Below, piece after piece: positions 48,326-58,594 of a stretch of 64,000 bases of DNA. Below the pieces are notes generated by a model. That model had not been told where the DNA came from and searched no databases. It saw only the letters and a list, made by a program, of their open reading frames with translations. The stretch spans positions 377 through 64,376 of the forward strand of contig JADHMR010000003.1 in the NCBI GenBank assembly GCA_016779945.1. Direction: 5' to 3'. How positions within the stretch are numbered: the first letter of the stretch is position 1; every line of letters starts with the position of its first letter. A program made the translations under genes and the position numbers. This DNA is from Bacteroidia bacterium (lineage in GTDB: Bacteria; Bacteroidota; Bacteroidia; NS11-12g; UBA9320).

Positions 48326-50305
48326 CTATTGATCATTGTATAGCCGAGCTACATTGTCATCATATATCTGTACTAGATACGTATTTTTTAAGCCTTTAAT
48401 CCAACTTTCCTCTAAATAATTTTGATAATCTGAGGTTATAACTCCTCTATTATCATCTAATAATTTCTGCGATGGAGCCAATATTTCATTTACTCTAACA
48501 AACTTATGTTGTTGTTCCCCTTCTTCTATCTTAAATACTCCCTTTTCCATATTAATTTGATCCAAAAGAGAATCTTTTGATTTCTCGAGTTTCTTAGACT
48601 CTATTGATACCGCAATCGGATCTTTTGCATTACAACGATTCAAGATTTCTTTTGTTGACTTTCCCTTCTTAGCTAATTTCATGGCTAGCTTTCTAGTCTT
48701 TGCACTAGAACAACTAAAAACATCAACATCTGCTCGCTCATTCCACATGTATTTCGATTTGTTGCTTTCATAAAAAGACTTAAGTCCTAATGTATCTTTA
48801 ACCGCTCTAGTCCATACCTTTTTATCTGTAAGCTCAAATAATAAAATACCATCCTTGTATTCTTGCATGATATTTTTAAATGCTTCATATTTTTCTTCAA
48901 GAAGTCCTTCTTCATAGTCCAAATTGATTTGCTCTATAAATGCTTCATAAATATCTTTCACTGCATTCGAAAGAGTTTTGTTTGATCTTGTTTGATTTGT
49001 TGCAACGTAACCAAAGAAATAGCTATCGGTATAATCACGCTCTCCAATTTTACACAATACAATTCCGTTCCCTTCTTGTTTTTTGTATTTAGCCTGCAAT
49101 AAGTCTGACGAGAATGAATCCTGAACAGCTTGAAGGCCTGCAATTTCTCTGAAATTATTTTCTTTTTTCAATCTTGCGACAACCACTTCTTTATTTAACT
49201 CACTGCGACTATCTCTCTCAACTTTTCTACGAATTATTTCTTTGCTATCTGCATAAGTGGGCATTGGTTTTGATTCAATACGTTTAACAATGTGCCACCC
49301 GAACCTTGTTTTTATGGGCTCACTAATTTCTCCATCTTTTTTTAAGGTATATGCGACATCTTTAAACTCTACAGGGATATTTGGTGTTGTTCGGTTTATC
49401 CAGCTCAATTCACCTCCTTTGGAATTTGTATTAAAATCCTCTGAAAACTCTTCTACGATACTGGCCCAATCTCCACCATCTTTTAATTTATTATATACTG
49501 CATCAATGCGTTCTTTAGTACTATCAATTTGAGACGGATTGTAGTATTTAATCATAATATGAGCTACTTTCATGTCTCCCATTGACTTGCGTTTTTCTGT
49601 AACATACACTAAATGATAGCCATATTTGGTTCGAATAGGCATACTTACCTCACCAACCGGTGTGTTGTAAGCAGCATTTTCAAACGAATAAATCATCTGA
49701 AAACTTGTAAAGAAACCAAGGACTCCATTATTATTTTTTGCAGAGGGATCCTCAGAAAATGCTTTTGCTATGTCCTCAAATTTCTCTCCCTTTTTGATTC
49801 TGGATCTTAAACCCACTATTTTTTGATAGGCTGCTAATGTGTCTGCAGGTTTAGCATCTGCGGGACAATTAATTAACAAATGACTTGCATTAACCTCAAA
49901 CTTACTTCTATCAAATGCTTCTTTAATTAATCGTTCTGTAACTGTTTTATCGGTCAAATAAGGTTGAGCTAATTGTTTTCTGTAGCCGGCTAATTCTTTA
50001 ATAAAACTTGGTAGGGTATCCATTCGTAACCCATATGCTTGCTCTACCTTAAGTTTAAACTTCACATATAAATCTAAATATTCTTCTATCTCTTGTTTGG
50101 TTGGAGAAGAATCTCCCTGCTTATTTTTGTTAAAAACTCGCATAAACTCATCATTGTAAACAACCTTGTCTCCATAACTAAAGACTGGAAATATTTCCGA
50201 AGACCCGATGCCATTTTTTACAGGACTTATTTTAGCATTTTGTCCTAAAACAGCGTTGATATTTAAGATAAAAATTAAAGTGAATAAATGAATAACTCTT
50301 GTCAT
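48326..50305 (-). CDS. large periplasmic PpiC-type peptidyl-prolyl isomerase with two parvulin domains
   Basis: Signal peptide. Parvulin domains NNGVLGFFTSFQM..KYGYHLVYV and KGGELSWINR..RFGWHIVKR. Confidence 0.85.
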   Translation of the reverse strand: MTRVIHLFTLIFILNINAVLGQNAKISPVKNGIGSSEIFPVFSYGDKVVYNDEFMRVFNKNKQGDSSPTKQEIEEYLDLYVKFKLKVEQAYGLRMDTLPSFIKELAGYRKQLAQPYLTDKTVTERLIKEAFDRSKFEVNASHLLINCPADAKPADTLAAYQKIVGLRSRIKKGEKFEDIAKAFSEDPSAKNNNGVLGFFTSFQMIYSFENAAYNTPVGEVSMPIRTKYGYHLVYVTEKRKSMGDMKVAHIMIKYYNPSQIDSTKERIDAVYNKLKDGGDWASIVEEFSEDFNTNSKGGELSWINRTTPNIPVEFKDVAYTLKKDGEISEPIKTRFGWHIVKRIESKPMPTYADSKEIIRRKVERDSRSELNKEVVVARLKKENNFREIAGLQAVQDSFSSDLLQAKYKKQEGNGIVLCKIGERDYTDSYFFGYVATNQTRSNKTLSNAVKDIYEAFIEQINLDYEEGLLEEKYEAFKNIMQEYKDGILLFELTDKKVWTRAVKDTLGLKSFYESNKSKYMWNERADVDVFSCSSAKTRKLAMKLAKKGKSTKEILNRCNAKDPIAVSIESKKLEKSKDSLLDQINMEKGVFKIEEGEQQHKFVRVNEILAPSQKLLDDNRGVITSDYQNYLEESWIKGLKNTYLVQIYDDNVARLYNDQ

Positions 50306-50417
50306 AGTGATTTTTAAATTATTTAAATAGAACGCGAATTTAATATTTTATAATGTCCTTAACCCCTTGAAATTGAAATAATCACTACAATATAAATCGT
50401 GTCGTAATAAACTATCC

Positions 50418-50425
50418 TACATTTG
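50418..50425 (+). promoter_or_regulatory. -7 box for the AMP-binding enzyme gene
   Basis: TACATTTG, 19 nt before the ATG at 50445. Confidence 0.5.
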
Positions 50426-50444
50426 AAATTGTTTAATTATTCAA

Positions 50445-51437
50445 ATGCCTGTTTTCAATGTACATTATTCTGACGATTTTGACCAAAAATTGTATGTTGA
50501 AGAAGTCATAAGGAAATGGAATCAAGGTGACCAAGAATTTCATATTTATACTTCTGGAACTACGAATAAACCAAAAAAGATAACGCTTTCTAGAGAACTT
50601 CTTGTGTGGAGTGCAAGAACCACCCAAAACAAACTCGATACTACATCGCACAAAATCATGTGTTGCCTACCTGTAGATAAAACAGGAGGATTTATGCAAT
50701 TAATTCGTGCCTTAGTTTGGGATTGTGAAATTCACTTCTTCAAACCCTCTAATCAACCTTTTATCAAAATCAATAATCATAGTTTCACTACTATATCTCT
50801 TACTCCTACTCAGTTTAAATCGAGTTTTGAAGATTCTTTCAAAAAACTCAATAAATTCCAACATATTTTAATCGGTGGAGCTGCTTTTAATAATCCATCA
50901 ATCTTCATTGAAAGACTCAAACATCCACTAATTTGGTATACTTATGGGATGACCGAAACAGCTAGTCACGTTGCAATGCAAAATTTATCTAGAAATGAGG
51001 CTTCACTAAAAGTACTACCTGGAGTAAATATTCGTCAAAATAAAACCCTCGAAATTCATATTCCAGAAGTCAACCTGCATTTTAAAACAAATGATATTGT
51101 CAAATTTGAAAATGGTGGTTTTGTTGTATTGGGTAGATCTGATGATGTCATCAATAGTGGTGGTATAAAAATTCATCCACAACAACTTGAAACTACTATT
51201 GAAGAGGTTTTTGAGAAAATGAATTTAAAAAAGAGATTTTATATTTCTAAAGAAAAACACGATAAATACGGAGAAGTACCCGTACTTACCATTGAGGGTA
51301 ACCCTGATTTTAACCAAGGGGGATTTACTCAAATCCTAACCCAGCAATTACCCGACTATCATGCCCCGAAAAAAATTTATTTTACTCCAAAAATTTTGAG
51401 TACAGATACAGGAAAGGTAATTCGAGAAGCCTATTAA
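50445..51437 (+). CDS. short AMP-binding enzyme, O-succinylbenzoate-CoA ligase-like
   Basis: YTSGTTNKPKKI, YGMTET and GRSDDVINSGGIKIHPQQLE; 330 aa. The menE assignment is not proven. Confidence 0.7.
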   Translation: MPVFNVHYSDDFDQKLYVEEVIRKWNQGDQEFHIYTSGTTNKPKKITLSRELLVWSARTTQNKLDTTSHKIMCCLPVDKTGGFMQLIRALVWDCEIHFFKPSNQPFIKINNHSFTTISLTPTQFKSSFEDSFKKLNKFQHILIGGAAFNNPSIFIERLKHPLIWYTYGMTETASHVAMQNLSRNEASLKVLPGVNIRQNKTLEIHIPEVNLHFKTNDIVKFENGGFVVLGRSDDVINSGGIKIHPQQLETTIEEVFEKMNLKKRFYISKEKHDKYGEVPVLTIEGNPDFNQGGFTQILTQQLPDYHAPKKIYFTPKILSTDTGKVIREAY

Positions 51438-51442
51438 ATTTG
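51435..51442 (+). promoter_or_regulatory. -7 box abutting the trmB start
   Basis: TAAATTTG, with only 4 nt before the GTG at 51447. The box lies inside the 3' end of the upstream gene. Confidence 0.35.
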
Positions 51443-51446
51443 TGCC

Positions 51447-52088
51447 GTGGGAAAGAAAGGTAAACTTCAAAAATTTGCAGAGGTTACTGCATTCAGCAAT
51501 TGCTACGAGAGAGCATCAGAACTGAGAGGCAAATGGGCAACACATGTATTTAAAAACTCAAACCCAATCACTCTTGAACTTGCTTGCGGAAAAGGAGAAT
51601 ACACTACGGGTTTAGCTGAAATATTTCCCAACAGAAACTTTATAGGAGTTGATATTAAAGGGAATCGAATATGGAAAGGTGCTAAATATGCTCTTGATAA
51701 TGACTTGACTAATGTTGCATTTCATCGGATTATGATTGGCAATATTGAAGATTATTTTGCCCCAAATGAAATCGATGAATTCTGGATTACTTTTCCAGAC
51801 CCACAGCACGCAAAAAAAAGAAAAAGATTAACAAACCCGATGTTTCTTGACAGGTATAGGAATATTTCAAAGCCTCAACCAATCATGAATTTAAAAAGTG
51901 ACTCTACACGATTTTACGAGTATACAAAAGAGGTGATTAGTGAACAGAATTTGAAGGTTATTTCTGATAGTAATGATATTTATAATTGGGACGAAATACC
52001 TGAATCACTAGCTAATATTCAAACCTTCTACGAAAAAATGTGGCTTAGCGAAGGCAAAAAAATCAAGTACTTGAAATATAGACTTTGA
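51447..52088 (+). CDS. trmB: tRNA (guanine46-N7)-methyltransferase
   Basis: GKKGKLQKFAE N-terminus, LELACGKGEYT SAM motif and FPDPQHAKKRKR. GTG start. Confidence 0.9.
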   Translation: MGKKGKLQKFAEVTAFSNCYERASELRGKWATHVFKNSNPITLELACGKGEYTTGLAEIFPNRNFIGVDIKGNRIWKGAKYALDNDLTNVAFHRIMIGNIEDYFAPNEIDEFWITFPDPQHAKKRKRLTNPMFLDRYRNISKPQPIMNLKSDSTRFYEYTKEVISEQNLKVISDSNDIYNWDEIPESLANIQTFYEKMWLSEGKKIKYLKYRL

Positions 52089-52108
52089 TTAGGGTTACAC
52101 TTTTAAAA

Positions 52109-52678
52109 TCAATACGTCAAATTATTTTCAACGTAATCAATTAATGAATGAATAACCTTAATATGTATTTCTTGTGCCCGGTCGGCATATTCACTCTTTG
52201 GAGCTCTGATTTCAACATCGCATAAACTAGCCATTTTACCACCGTCTTTACCTGTAAGACCAATTACTTTCATCCCCTTTTCTTTCGCAGTATTGATTGC
52301 ATGAATCACGTTCTGGCTATTCCCGCTCGTGCTGATAGCTAATAACACATCCCCTTTTCGTCCAACACCCTCAAGATATCTCGAAAACACGTATTCATAA
52401 CCGTAGTCATTCCCCACACAAGCCATATGACTAGGATCACTGATCGCAATAGCACCAATAGCTGGCCTATTGTTACGATATCTGCCTGTAAGCTCTTCAG
52501 CAAAATGCATGGCATCACATAAACTACCGCCATTTCCACAACTAATGATTTTCCCTTCAGATTGAATACTGCTAACTAATAGCTGCCCAGCTTGATCAAT
52601 AGCTTCAAAATTTTTTGTGTCTGAGATAAACGCGTCTAGGACTTCCCTTGCTTCAATAAAATGTTCTTGAATACTCAT
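52109..52678 (-). CDS. gmhA: D-sedoheptulose-7-phosphate isomerase (SIS domain)
   Basis: [16 protein letters not shown] and [10 protein letters not shown]; 189 aa. Confidence 0.85.
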   Translation of the reverse strand: MSIQEHFIEAREVLDAFISDTKNFEAIDQAGQLLVSSIQSEGKIISCGNGGSLCDAMHFAEELTGRYRNNRPAIGAIAISDPSHMACVGNDYGYEYVFSRYLEGVGRKGDVLLAISTSGNSQNVIHAINTAKEKGMKVIGLTGKDGGKMASLCDVEIRAPKSEYADRAQEIHIKVIHSLIDYVENNLTY

Positions 52679-52692
52679 TTATGTTTTGGTTA

Positions 52693-54861
52693 TTAGTTGG
52701 TCATTCTTGCTTTATATTCAGCAAGACCTATTTGTAAAAAATTAATATATCCCTCAATATCTAAATCATAGGTTTTTGTTGGTTGAAGAAGGTTACCCTC
52801 ATTGTCCAGCAATGCATATTGAGGTTGTGCATTAGCATCAAAATAACATTCTTGGATTGTACTATTTTTCTTGGCTAATGTCTTGATTAATTTCCCTTTT
52901 TTATTGTAAAACCAATCATCTTTGGGTAGCTCCACTGTTTTCTCATCGACATAGAGTGAGATAACTAAATATTCTTCATCTAATAATTTATGCACTCTTG
53001 GATCAGACCAAACTCGTGCTTCCATTTCTCGACAATTCACACAACCATGACCAGTAAAATCTAAAAATACGGGTCGCCCAATTTTTCGAGCTACTTCCAT
53101 GCCTTGTTCATAATCAAAATAACCGCGAAGACCGTCTGGTAAATGGAGTTTCTCCTCATGCAAGGGTTTTTCGCCGGCATAGTAGGGTTGATGCTCATCA
53201 TTGGAATCTAATAAATTAAAATCATGCGTACTCATAGGTGGTAAATAGCCAGCCAATGCTTTAAGTGGTGCTCCAAAAAGACCCGGTACCAAATATGAAA
53301 CAAACGAAAATGTAGCAATTGCAAATAACAATCGAGGCACTTTTAGGAATGGCATATCACTATCATGAGAAAATTTAATTTTACCCAAGAGGTAAAAACC
53401 CATCATTATAAATATAACAATCCATAGCCCAATATATATCTCACGATCTAATATTCCCCAGTGATAGGTTTGATCGGCTACACTCAAAAACTTCAATCCA
53501 AAAGCTAGTTCAAGAAACCCTAAAACTACTTTCACTGAATTCAACCACCCCCCTGATGCTGGCAAGCTATTTAACCAATTGGGGAAGATAGCAAACAATG
53601 AAAATGGAATTGCAAATGCCAATGAGAAACCAAGCATACCTATCAATGGTTTTACAAAAGCTCCTCCAGCAGACTGAACAAGAATACTTCCAACAATTGG
53701 TCCTGTACAAGAAAAAGAAACTAAGACAATGGTAAATGCCATAAAGAAGATACCAATTAACCCTCCTTTATCTGCTTGTTGATCAGCTTTATTGACTAGC
53801 CAACTTGGCAAAACAATTTCAAAAGCCCCAAAAAAGGAGGCTGCGAAAACAACAAAAATTAAAAAGAAGAAAATATTTGGCAACCAATGGGTTGACAACC
53901 AATTTGCCGCTGCGGGACCTGCAACAACTGCAACTAAAGTTCCAATAAATACATATATCGCAACAATGCTTACTCCGTAAATTAATCCATTACGAATGGC
54001 CTTTGCCTTGCTCCCATCTTTCATAAAGAAGGATACCGTCATAGGTATCATTGGGAAAACACATGGTGTAAGAAGAGCAGCTAGCCCTGATAAAAATGCT
54101 AAAATAAATAAGCCCCAATGTGAGGTTGTATTTTGATTTGAACTTCCTTCAAAAGTCTTTATTTCACAAGAACTTGTATCCTCTTTTGACGTGGCTTGAT
54201 AACTTGAATAATTGACGCTATCTTTAGATATAAGCCCAGCAAATGAAGTATAGCCCTCAGAACTTTGTGCCGTGTTTTGAGCTGCTAAATTTATCTTTTG
54301 ATCAACTTCAATTTCAGTGTCTAAATTTTCAATAACTTCCTCAACTGTTTCGGGAGCAATCTCAGGTTCAGTGGGCTTAGCTTCTTCAACAGACTTACCT
54401 GACACCCTCAGACCTTCAATTTTAAATTCGTATTCAAATAAAACACACATCCCGTCAGACGTACACATTTGATATTCCAAAACACCCACGATATCCGGGT
54501 TTGAAGAACGTAATTTTATTTGTTGTCTAAACTCTGCCTTTTTCTCAAAATCTGCAACCTCACATTCAAAAATATCATCAATATAGTGATGCGAGCCAAC
54601 TGCCTTTGCTTCACCTAAAAGTTCAAATGAAGAATTCTGAGTATAATTAAATACTGCTTTTAAAGGAGGACAATCTCCATAATCATTTGAATAAATATGA
54701 TATCCCTCAGGTATAGGTGTAGTAAAAGTCACCTCTATTTTGTCCCCAACCTTAGCTTCAGTTTTGTCGATAGTATAGCTCCAATTAGCTGATGGCACCT
54801 TTTGACCAAAAACAGATGTAGCAACCAATAATAATCCTAATTGAAATAAATAGTTTCTCAT
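52693..54861 (-). CDS. dsbD: DsbD-family thiol:disulfide interchange membrane protein
   Basis: N-terminal periplasmic domain, TM core with LTPCVFPMIPMTVSFF, and a C-terminal thioredoxin domain DFTGHGCVNCREME. Confidence 0.85.
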   Translation of the reverse strand: MRNYLFQLGLLLVATSVFGQKVPSANWSYTIDKTEAKVGDKIEVTFTTPIPEGYHIYSNDYGDCPPLKAVFNYTQNSSFELLGEAKAVGSHHYIDDIFECEVADFEKKAEFRQQIKLRSSNPDIVGVLEYQMCTSDGMCVLFEYEFKIEGLRVSGKSVEEAKPTEPEIAPETVEEVIENLDTEIEVDQKINLAAQNTAQSSEGYTSFAGLISKDSVNYSSYQATSKEDTSSCEIKTFEGSSNQNTTSHWGLFILAFLSGLAALLTPCVFPMIPMTVSFFMKDGSKAKAIRNGLIYGVSIVAIYVFIGTLVAVVAGPAAANWLSTHWLPNIFFFLIFVVFAASFFGAFEIVLPSWLVNKADQQADKGGLIGIFFMAFTIVLVSFSCTGPIVGSILVQSAGGAFVKPLIGMLGFSLAFAIPFSLFAIFPNWLNSLPASGGWLNSVKVVLGFLELAFGLKFLSVADQTYHWGILDREIYIGLWIVIFIMMGFYLLGKIKFSHDSDMPFLKVPRLLFAIATFSFVSYLVPGLFGAPLKALAGYLPPMSTHDFNLLDSNDEHQPYYAGEKPLHEEKLHLPDGLRGYFDYEQGMEVARKIGRPVFLDFTGHGCVNCREMEARVWSDPRVHKLLDEEYLVISLYVDEKTVELPKDDWFYNKKGKLIKTLAKKNSTIQECYFDANAQPQYALLDNEGNLLQPTKTYDLDIEGYINFLQIGLAEYKARMTN

Positions 54862-54868
54862 AATAATT

Positions 54869-54876
54869 CAAATATA
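54869..54876 (-). promoter_or_regulatory. -7 box abutting the dsbD start
   Basis: TATATTTG on the minus strand, 7 nt before the ATG at 54861. Confidence 0.4.
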
Positions 54877-54964
54877 ACTTCAAATTAAACGCTTTCTGAT
54901 ACAATTCATTATAATAAATGTAGATAAGTGTATAAAGTTGTAATGATAATGAACGTACACAATC

Positions 54965-54972
54965 TAAATTTG
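54965..54972 (+). promoter_or_regulatory. -7 box for the LysM glucosaminidase gene
   Basis: TAAATTTG, 21 nt before the ATG at 54994. Confidence 0.5.
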
Positions 54973-54993
54973 AATCCTATAATTTCACTAGAA

Positions 54994-56412
54994 ATGAGAT
55001 CATCTTTAACGATACTTTTATGCTTTGTAATCCTCATACTTCAAGCCCAAAAGCAAACCCCAACTCAATATATCGAACGCTATAAAGAGTTAGCTGTAAT
55101 AGAAATGCATCGCAGTGGGGTGCCTGCTAGTATTACTCTATCACAAGGAGTATTAGAAAGTAGTAGTGGAAATAGCAGACTAGCAAAATATGCAAATAAT
55201 CATTTTGGTATCAAATGCAAAGGAAGCTGGACTGGCAAAACCATTTATGCCAATGATGACGCTCCTGATGAATGCTTTAGAGCATACCCATCGGTGCTAG
55301 AATCATACAAAGACCATTCTGACTTTTTACGAAAAAACTGGAGGTATCATGAATTATTTGAACTAAAAATAACAGATTATAAAGGGTGGTGTCATGGACT
55401 CAGAAAAGCGGGTTATGCAACCAACCCTCAGTATGGAAAAATATTAATTAATCTCATTGAGCGATATGAATTAAATCAATACGACACACAAAAATTACCA
55501 CAAAAAGAAGCTTCAAAAGAGGGTGAAAAAATCAACGGAATTCCGGTAAAAATTGCTTCCAAAGATGAGACAGTTCGAACCATTGCCGAGGAAAATTATT
55601 TAAAAGATAAACATATTCGAAAATGGAACGACTTACCCAAAGACGAAGAAATTAAACCTGGTGAAATTATTTATTTAAAACCCAAAAGACGAAGAGGTGC
55701 AGAAGAAAAGCATATTGTTACGAGTACTGATAATATGCGAGGTATTTCTCAAGCCTATGGAATCAAACTAAAACACTTATACAAAAAAAATCGGATGGAA
55801 ACAGGAACCGAGCCTAAGGAAGGTGAGGTTCTTTATATGCAGAAAAAAAGAGCTACTGACGACCCCGTCAAAACTCAAATTCAAAAACCTAATTGGGAAG
55901 AAGAAAAAAAATTTATAAACCCAAGTGCGGTCAACCAAAGTATTATCGATTCTACAAAATTTAACAACCCTGGAGCAATCAATAAGGTGTCCATTGATGT
56001 GCCTGATTTTCATGTAATCTCAAAGGGTGATAACATTTATAGAATAGCAGAAAAATACCATGTATTTGAGGAAGATATTCTAAAATGGAATCCCGGACTA
56101 AATCCAAATGCAATGCAAATTGGACAAAAAATCATTTTAAAAGAAGAACTAGTTGATTTAAATAATCTTGGTGAAGAGAAAGTGAAAAATCAACCTATTG
56201 AAAATTCAGCTAGAGATCTTAAAAAAATGGATACTGAGGAAATGCAAAAAGATATAGCCGTTGATGGAACAATGACTCACCTTGTTGTCAAAGGAGATAC
56301 CTTGTATAATATTTGTAAACGTTATGATGTAACGGTTGATCAACTGAAGGAATGGAATAATTTAGAAAACATCACTATTCAAATTGGACAAAAGCTAATT
56401 GTATCTCCATAA
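54994..56412 (+). CDS. secreted N-acetylglucosaminidase-domain peptidoglycan hydrolase with about four LysM repeats
   Basis: ITLSQGVLESSSGNSRLAKYANNHFGIKC (glucosaminidase). LysM repeats such as HVISKGDNIYRIAEKY..IGQKIIL and HLVVKGDTLYNICKRY..IGQKLIV. A TAAATTTG box at 54965 supports the ATG at 54994 over the track start. Confidence 0.85.
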   Translation: MRSSLTILLCFVILILQAQKQTPTQYIERYKELAVIEMHRSGVPASITLSQGVLESSSGNSRLAKYANNHFGIKCKGSWTGKTIYANDDAPDECFRAYPSVLESYKDHSDFLRKNWRYHELFELKITDYKGWCHGLRKAGYATNPQYGKILINLIERYELNQYDTQKLPQKEASKEGEKINGIPVKIASKDETVRTIAEENYLKDKHIRKWNDLPKDEEIKPGEIIYLKPKRRRGAEEKHIVTSTDNMRGISQAYGIKLKHLYKKNRMETGTEPKEGEVLYMQKKRATDDPVKTQIQKPNWEEEKKFINPSAVNQSIIDSTKFNNPGAINKVSIDVPDFHVISKGDNIYRIAEKYHVFEEDILKWNPGLNPNAMQIGQKIILKEELVDLNNLGEEKVKNQPIENSARDLKKMDTEEMQKDIAVDGTMTHLVVKGDTLYNICKRYDVTVDQLKEWNNLENITIQIGQKLIVSP

Positions 56413-57861
56413 ATGACCCCGTCACAAATACTTTTTGCTCTCATTGGCTACTTTTTGATATTAATTACCATTTCGTGGATTACATCAAAAAATAATGATG
56501 AAACTTCTTTTTACACTGGCAACCGAAAATCACCTTGGTTTCTAGTAGCCTTTGGTATGATTGGTGCTTCATTATCTGGCGTTACTTTTTTATCCGTTCC
56601 AGGTTGGGTTGCCAATAGTCATTTTGGATATTTACAAACCGTACTAGGCTACATGGTCGGTTATCTCATCATTGCTCAAATCTTAATACCCTTATATTAT
56701 CGACAAAACTTGACATCAATTTACACCTATCTTGAGAATCGATTTGGTGAAAACTCCTACAAAACTGGGGCTGCTTATTTTATTTTAAGTCGAATAATTG
56801 GTGCTTCTTTTCGCTTATTTTTGGTAGCCGGTGTATTGCATACTTTTGTCTTTGATCCTTTCGGTATACCCTTTTGGGGTGCAGTAGCAATCACCATCAT
56901 TTTAATATTTTTATACACCTCAAAAAGTGGTATTAAAACTGTAGTTTACACCGATACTTTACAAACAACATTTTTAATTGCTGCTGTTATTCTGACATTA
57001 ATATTTATGATTAATGATTTGAATTGGTCTTTAGGAGATACCGTTTCTAATTTAGTTAATGATCCAAATACACAAATTTTTCATTGGGACGGAAATAGCA
57101 GCAATGTCTTTTGGAAACAATTTTTAGGGGGAGTGTTTATAGCATTGGCTATGACAGGTTTAGACCAAGACATGATGCAAAAGAATTTGAGTATCAATTC
57201 GATACGAAATGCCCAAAAAAACATCTATATCCAAATGGCGTTATTTATTGTCATAAATGTAATTTTCTTAAGTCTTGGTGCCCTTTTGTACAATTATGTA
57301 GATGTAAAAGGATTGGATTTTGTTGGTAAGTCAGACGAGCTTTTCAGTTTTGTTGCCATGCAACACGCAACTCCAATTGTAAGCGTGGCATTTATCATCG
57401 GTCTGGTTGCCGCCGCATACAGCAGTGCAGACAGTGCTCTTACTGCGTTAACCACTAGCTTTTGTGTAGATTTTTTAGGTTATGAACGATCTAAACCAAC
57501 CGATATTAAAAAAAGGAGATGGGTTCATATCGGCTTTGCCTTTATTCTTTTTATCACTATTCTAATTTTCAATGCAATTAATAATGAAGCTGTTATTAAA
57601 GAACTTTTTCGTGCAGCTGGGTTTACTTATGGGCCTTTACTTGGATTGTTTTCTTTTGGGATACTCACTAAAAATAAAATCAACGATAAATACGTTGTAG
57701 TCATAACCCTTATATCCATTCTCCTAACCGGAATCTATTTTTACGGAATGCCTATGTTAGTTGAAGGATTCGAAGCAGGGTTCGAATTAATCATCATTAA
57801 CGGATTTTTTACCTATATTTTGCTGCATTTAAACAGCTATTTACATCGTAAAAAGTCATAA
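56413..57861 (+). CDS. sodium:solute symporter family transporter
   Basis: About 13 TM segments. GNRKSPWFLVAFGMIGASLSGVTFLSVPG is SSF-like. Confidence 0.7.
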   Translation: MTPSQILFALIGYFLILITISWITSKNNDETSFYTGNRKSPWFLVAFGMIGASLSGVTFLSVPGWVANSHFGYLQTVLGYMVGYLIIAQILIPLYYRQNLTSIYTYLENRFGENSYKTGAAYFILSRIIGASFRLFLVAGVLHTFVFDPFGIPFWGAVAITIILIFLYTSKSGIKTVVYTDTLQTTFLIAAVILTLIFMINDLNWSLGDTVSNLVNDPNTQIFHWDGNSSNVFWKQFLGGVFIALAMTGLDQDMMQKNLSINSIRNAQKNIYIQMALFIVINVIFLSLGALLYNYVDVKGLDFVGKSDELFSFVAMQHATPIVSVAFIIGLVAAAYSSADSALTALTTSFCVDFLGYERSKPTDIKKRRWVHIGFAFILFITILIFNAINNEAVIKELFRAAGFTYGPLLGLFSFGILTKNKINDKYVVVITLISILLTGIYFYGMPMLVEGFEAGFELIIINGFFTYILLHLNSYLHRKKS

Positions 57862-57872
57862 AATTATTAAAC

Positions 57873-58586
57873 ATGGAAAATCAAGAAAACGAACGAATAA
57901 AAAAAGCATTTAAAAACAAAAATTGGCCAGAGATTAAAAGCTCAGACAGCTGGAATATATTCAAAGTAATGGCCGAATTTGTTGATGGATACGAGACTTT
58001 ATCTAAAATCGGACCGTGTGTGTCTGTTTTTGGGTCTGCTAGAACTAAACCTGGCACCAAATATTACGAAATGGCTACCGAAATTGGACAAAAACTTGCA
58101 TCTGTTGGACTTGGAGTTATTACAGGTGGTGGACCAGGTATCATGGAAGCCGGAAACTTGGGTGCTCACAAAGAAAAAGGAGCATCTGTGGGACTAAATA
58201 TTGAACTCCCTTTTGAGCAAAGTTCAAATCCATATATTGATAGAGATAAGTTAATTAACTTCAACTTTTTCTTTGTACGAAAAGTTATGTTTATGAAGTA
58301 TGCTCAAGGGTTTATTGTTCTACCGGGTGGCTTTGGAACATTAGATGAATTATTTGAAGCCCTGACACTCATTCAAACTCAAAAGACAGCGATGTTCCCC
58401 ATTATTCTTGTCGGGTCTTCTTACTGGAAAGGCCTTATAGATTGGATAAAAAATACTATGTTGGAAGAAGAAGGGAATATAAGTGCCGAAGATTTGGATC
58501 TATTTAAAATTGTAGATACGGCTGATGAAGCGGTCAACGAGATATTCGACTTCTACAGTAAGTATAGCTTAAGTCTGAACTTCTAA
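57873..58586 (+). CDS. LOG/TIGR00730-family Rossmann-fold nucleotide-binding protein
   Basis: GGGPGIMEAGN and PGGFGTLDELFE. Confidence 0.85.
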   Translation: MENQENERIKKAFKNKNWPEIKSSDSWNIFKVMAEFVDGYETLSKIGPCVSVFGSARTKPGTKYYEMATEIGQKLASVGLGVITGGGPGIMEAGNLGAHKEKGASVGLNIELPFEQSSNPYIDRDKLINFNFFFVRKVMFMKYAQGFIVLPGGFGTLDELFEALTLIQTQKTAMFPIILVGSSYWKGLIDWIKNTMLEEEGNISAEDLDLFKIVDTADEAVNEIFDFYSKYSLSLNF

Positions 58587-58594
58587 TCATATCC

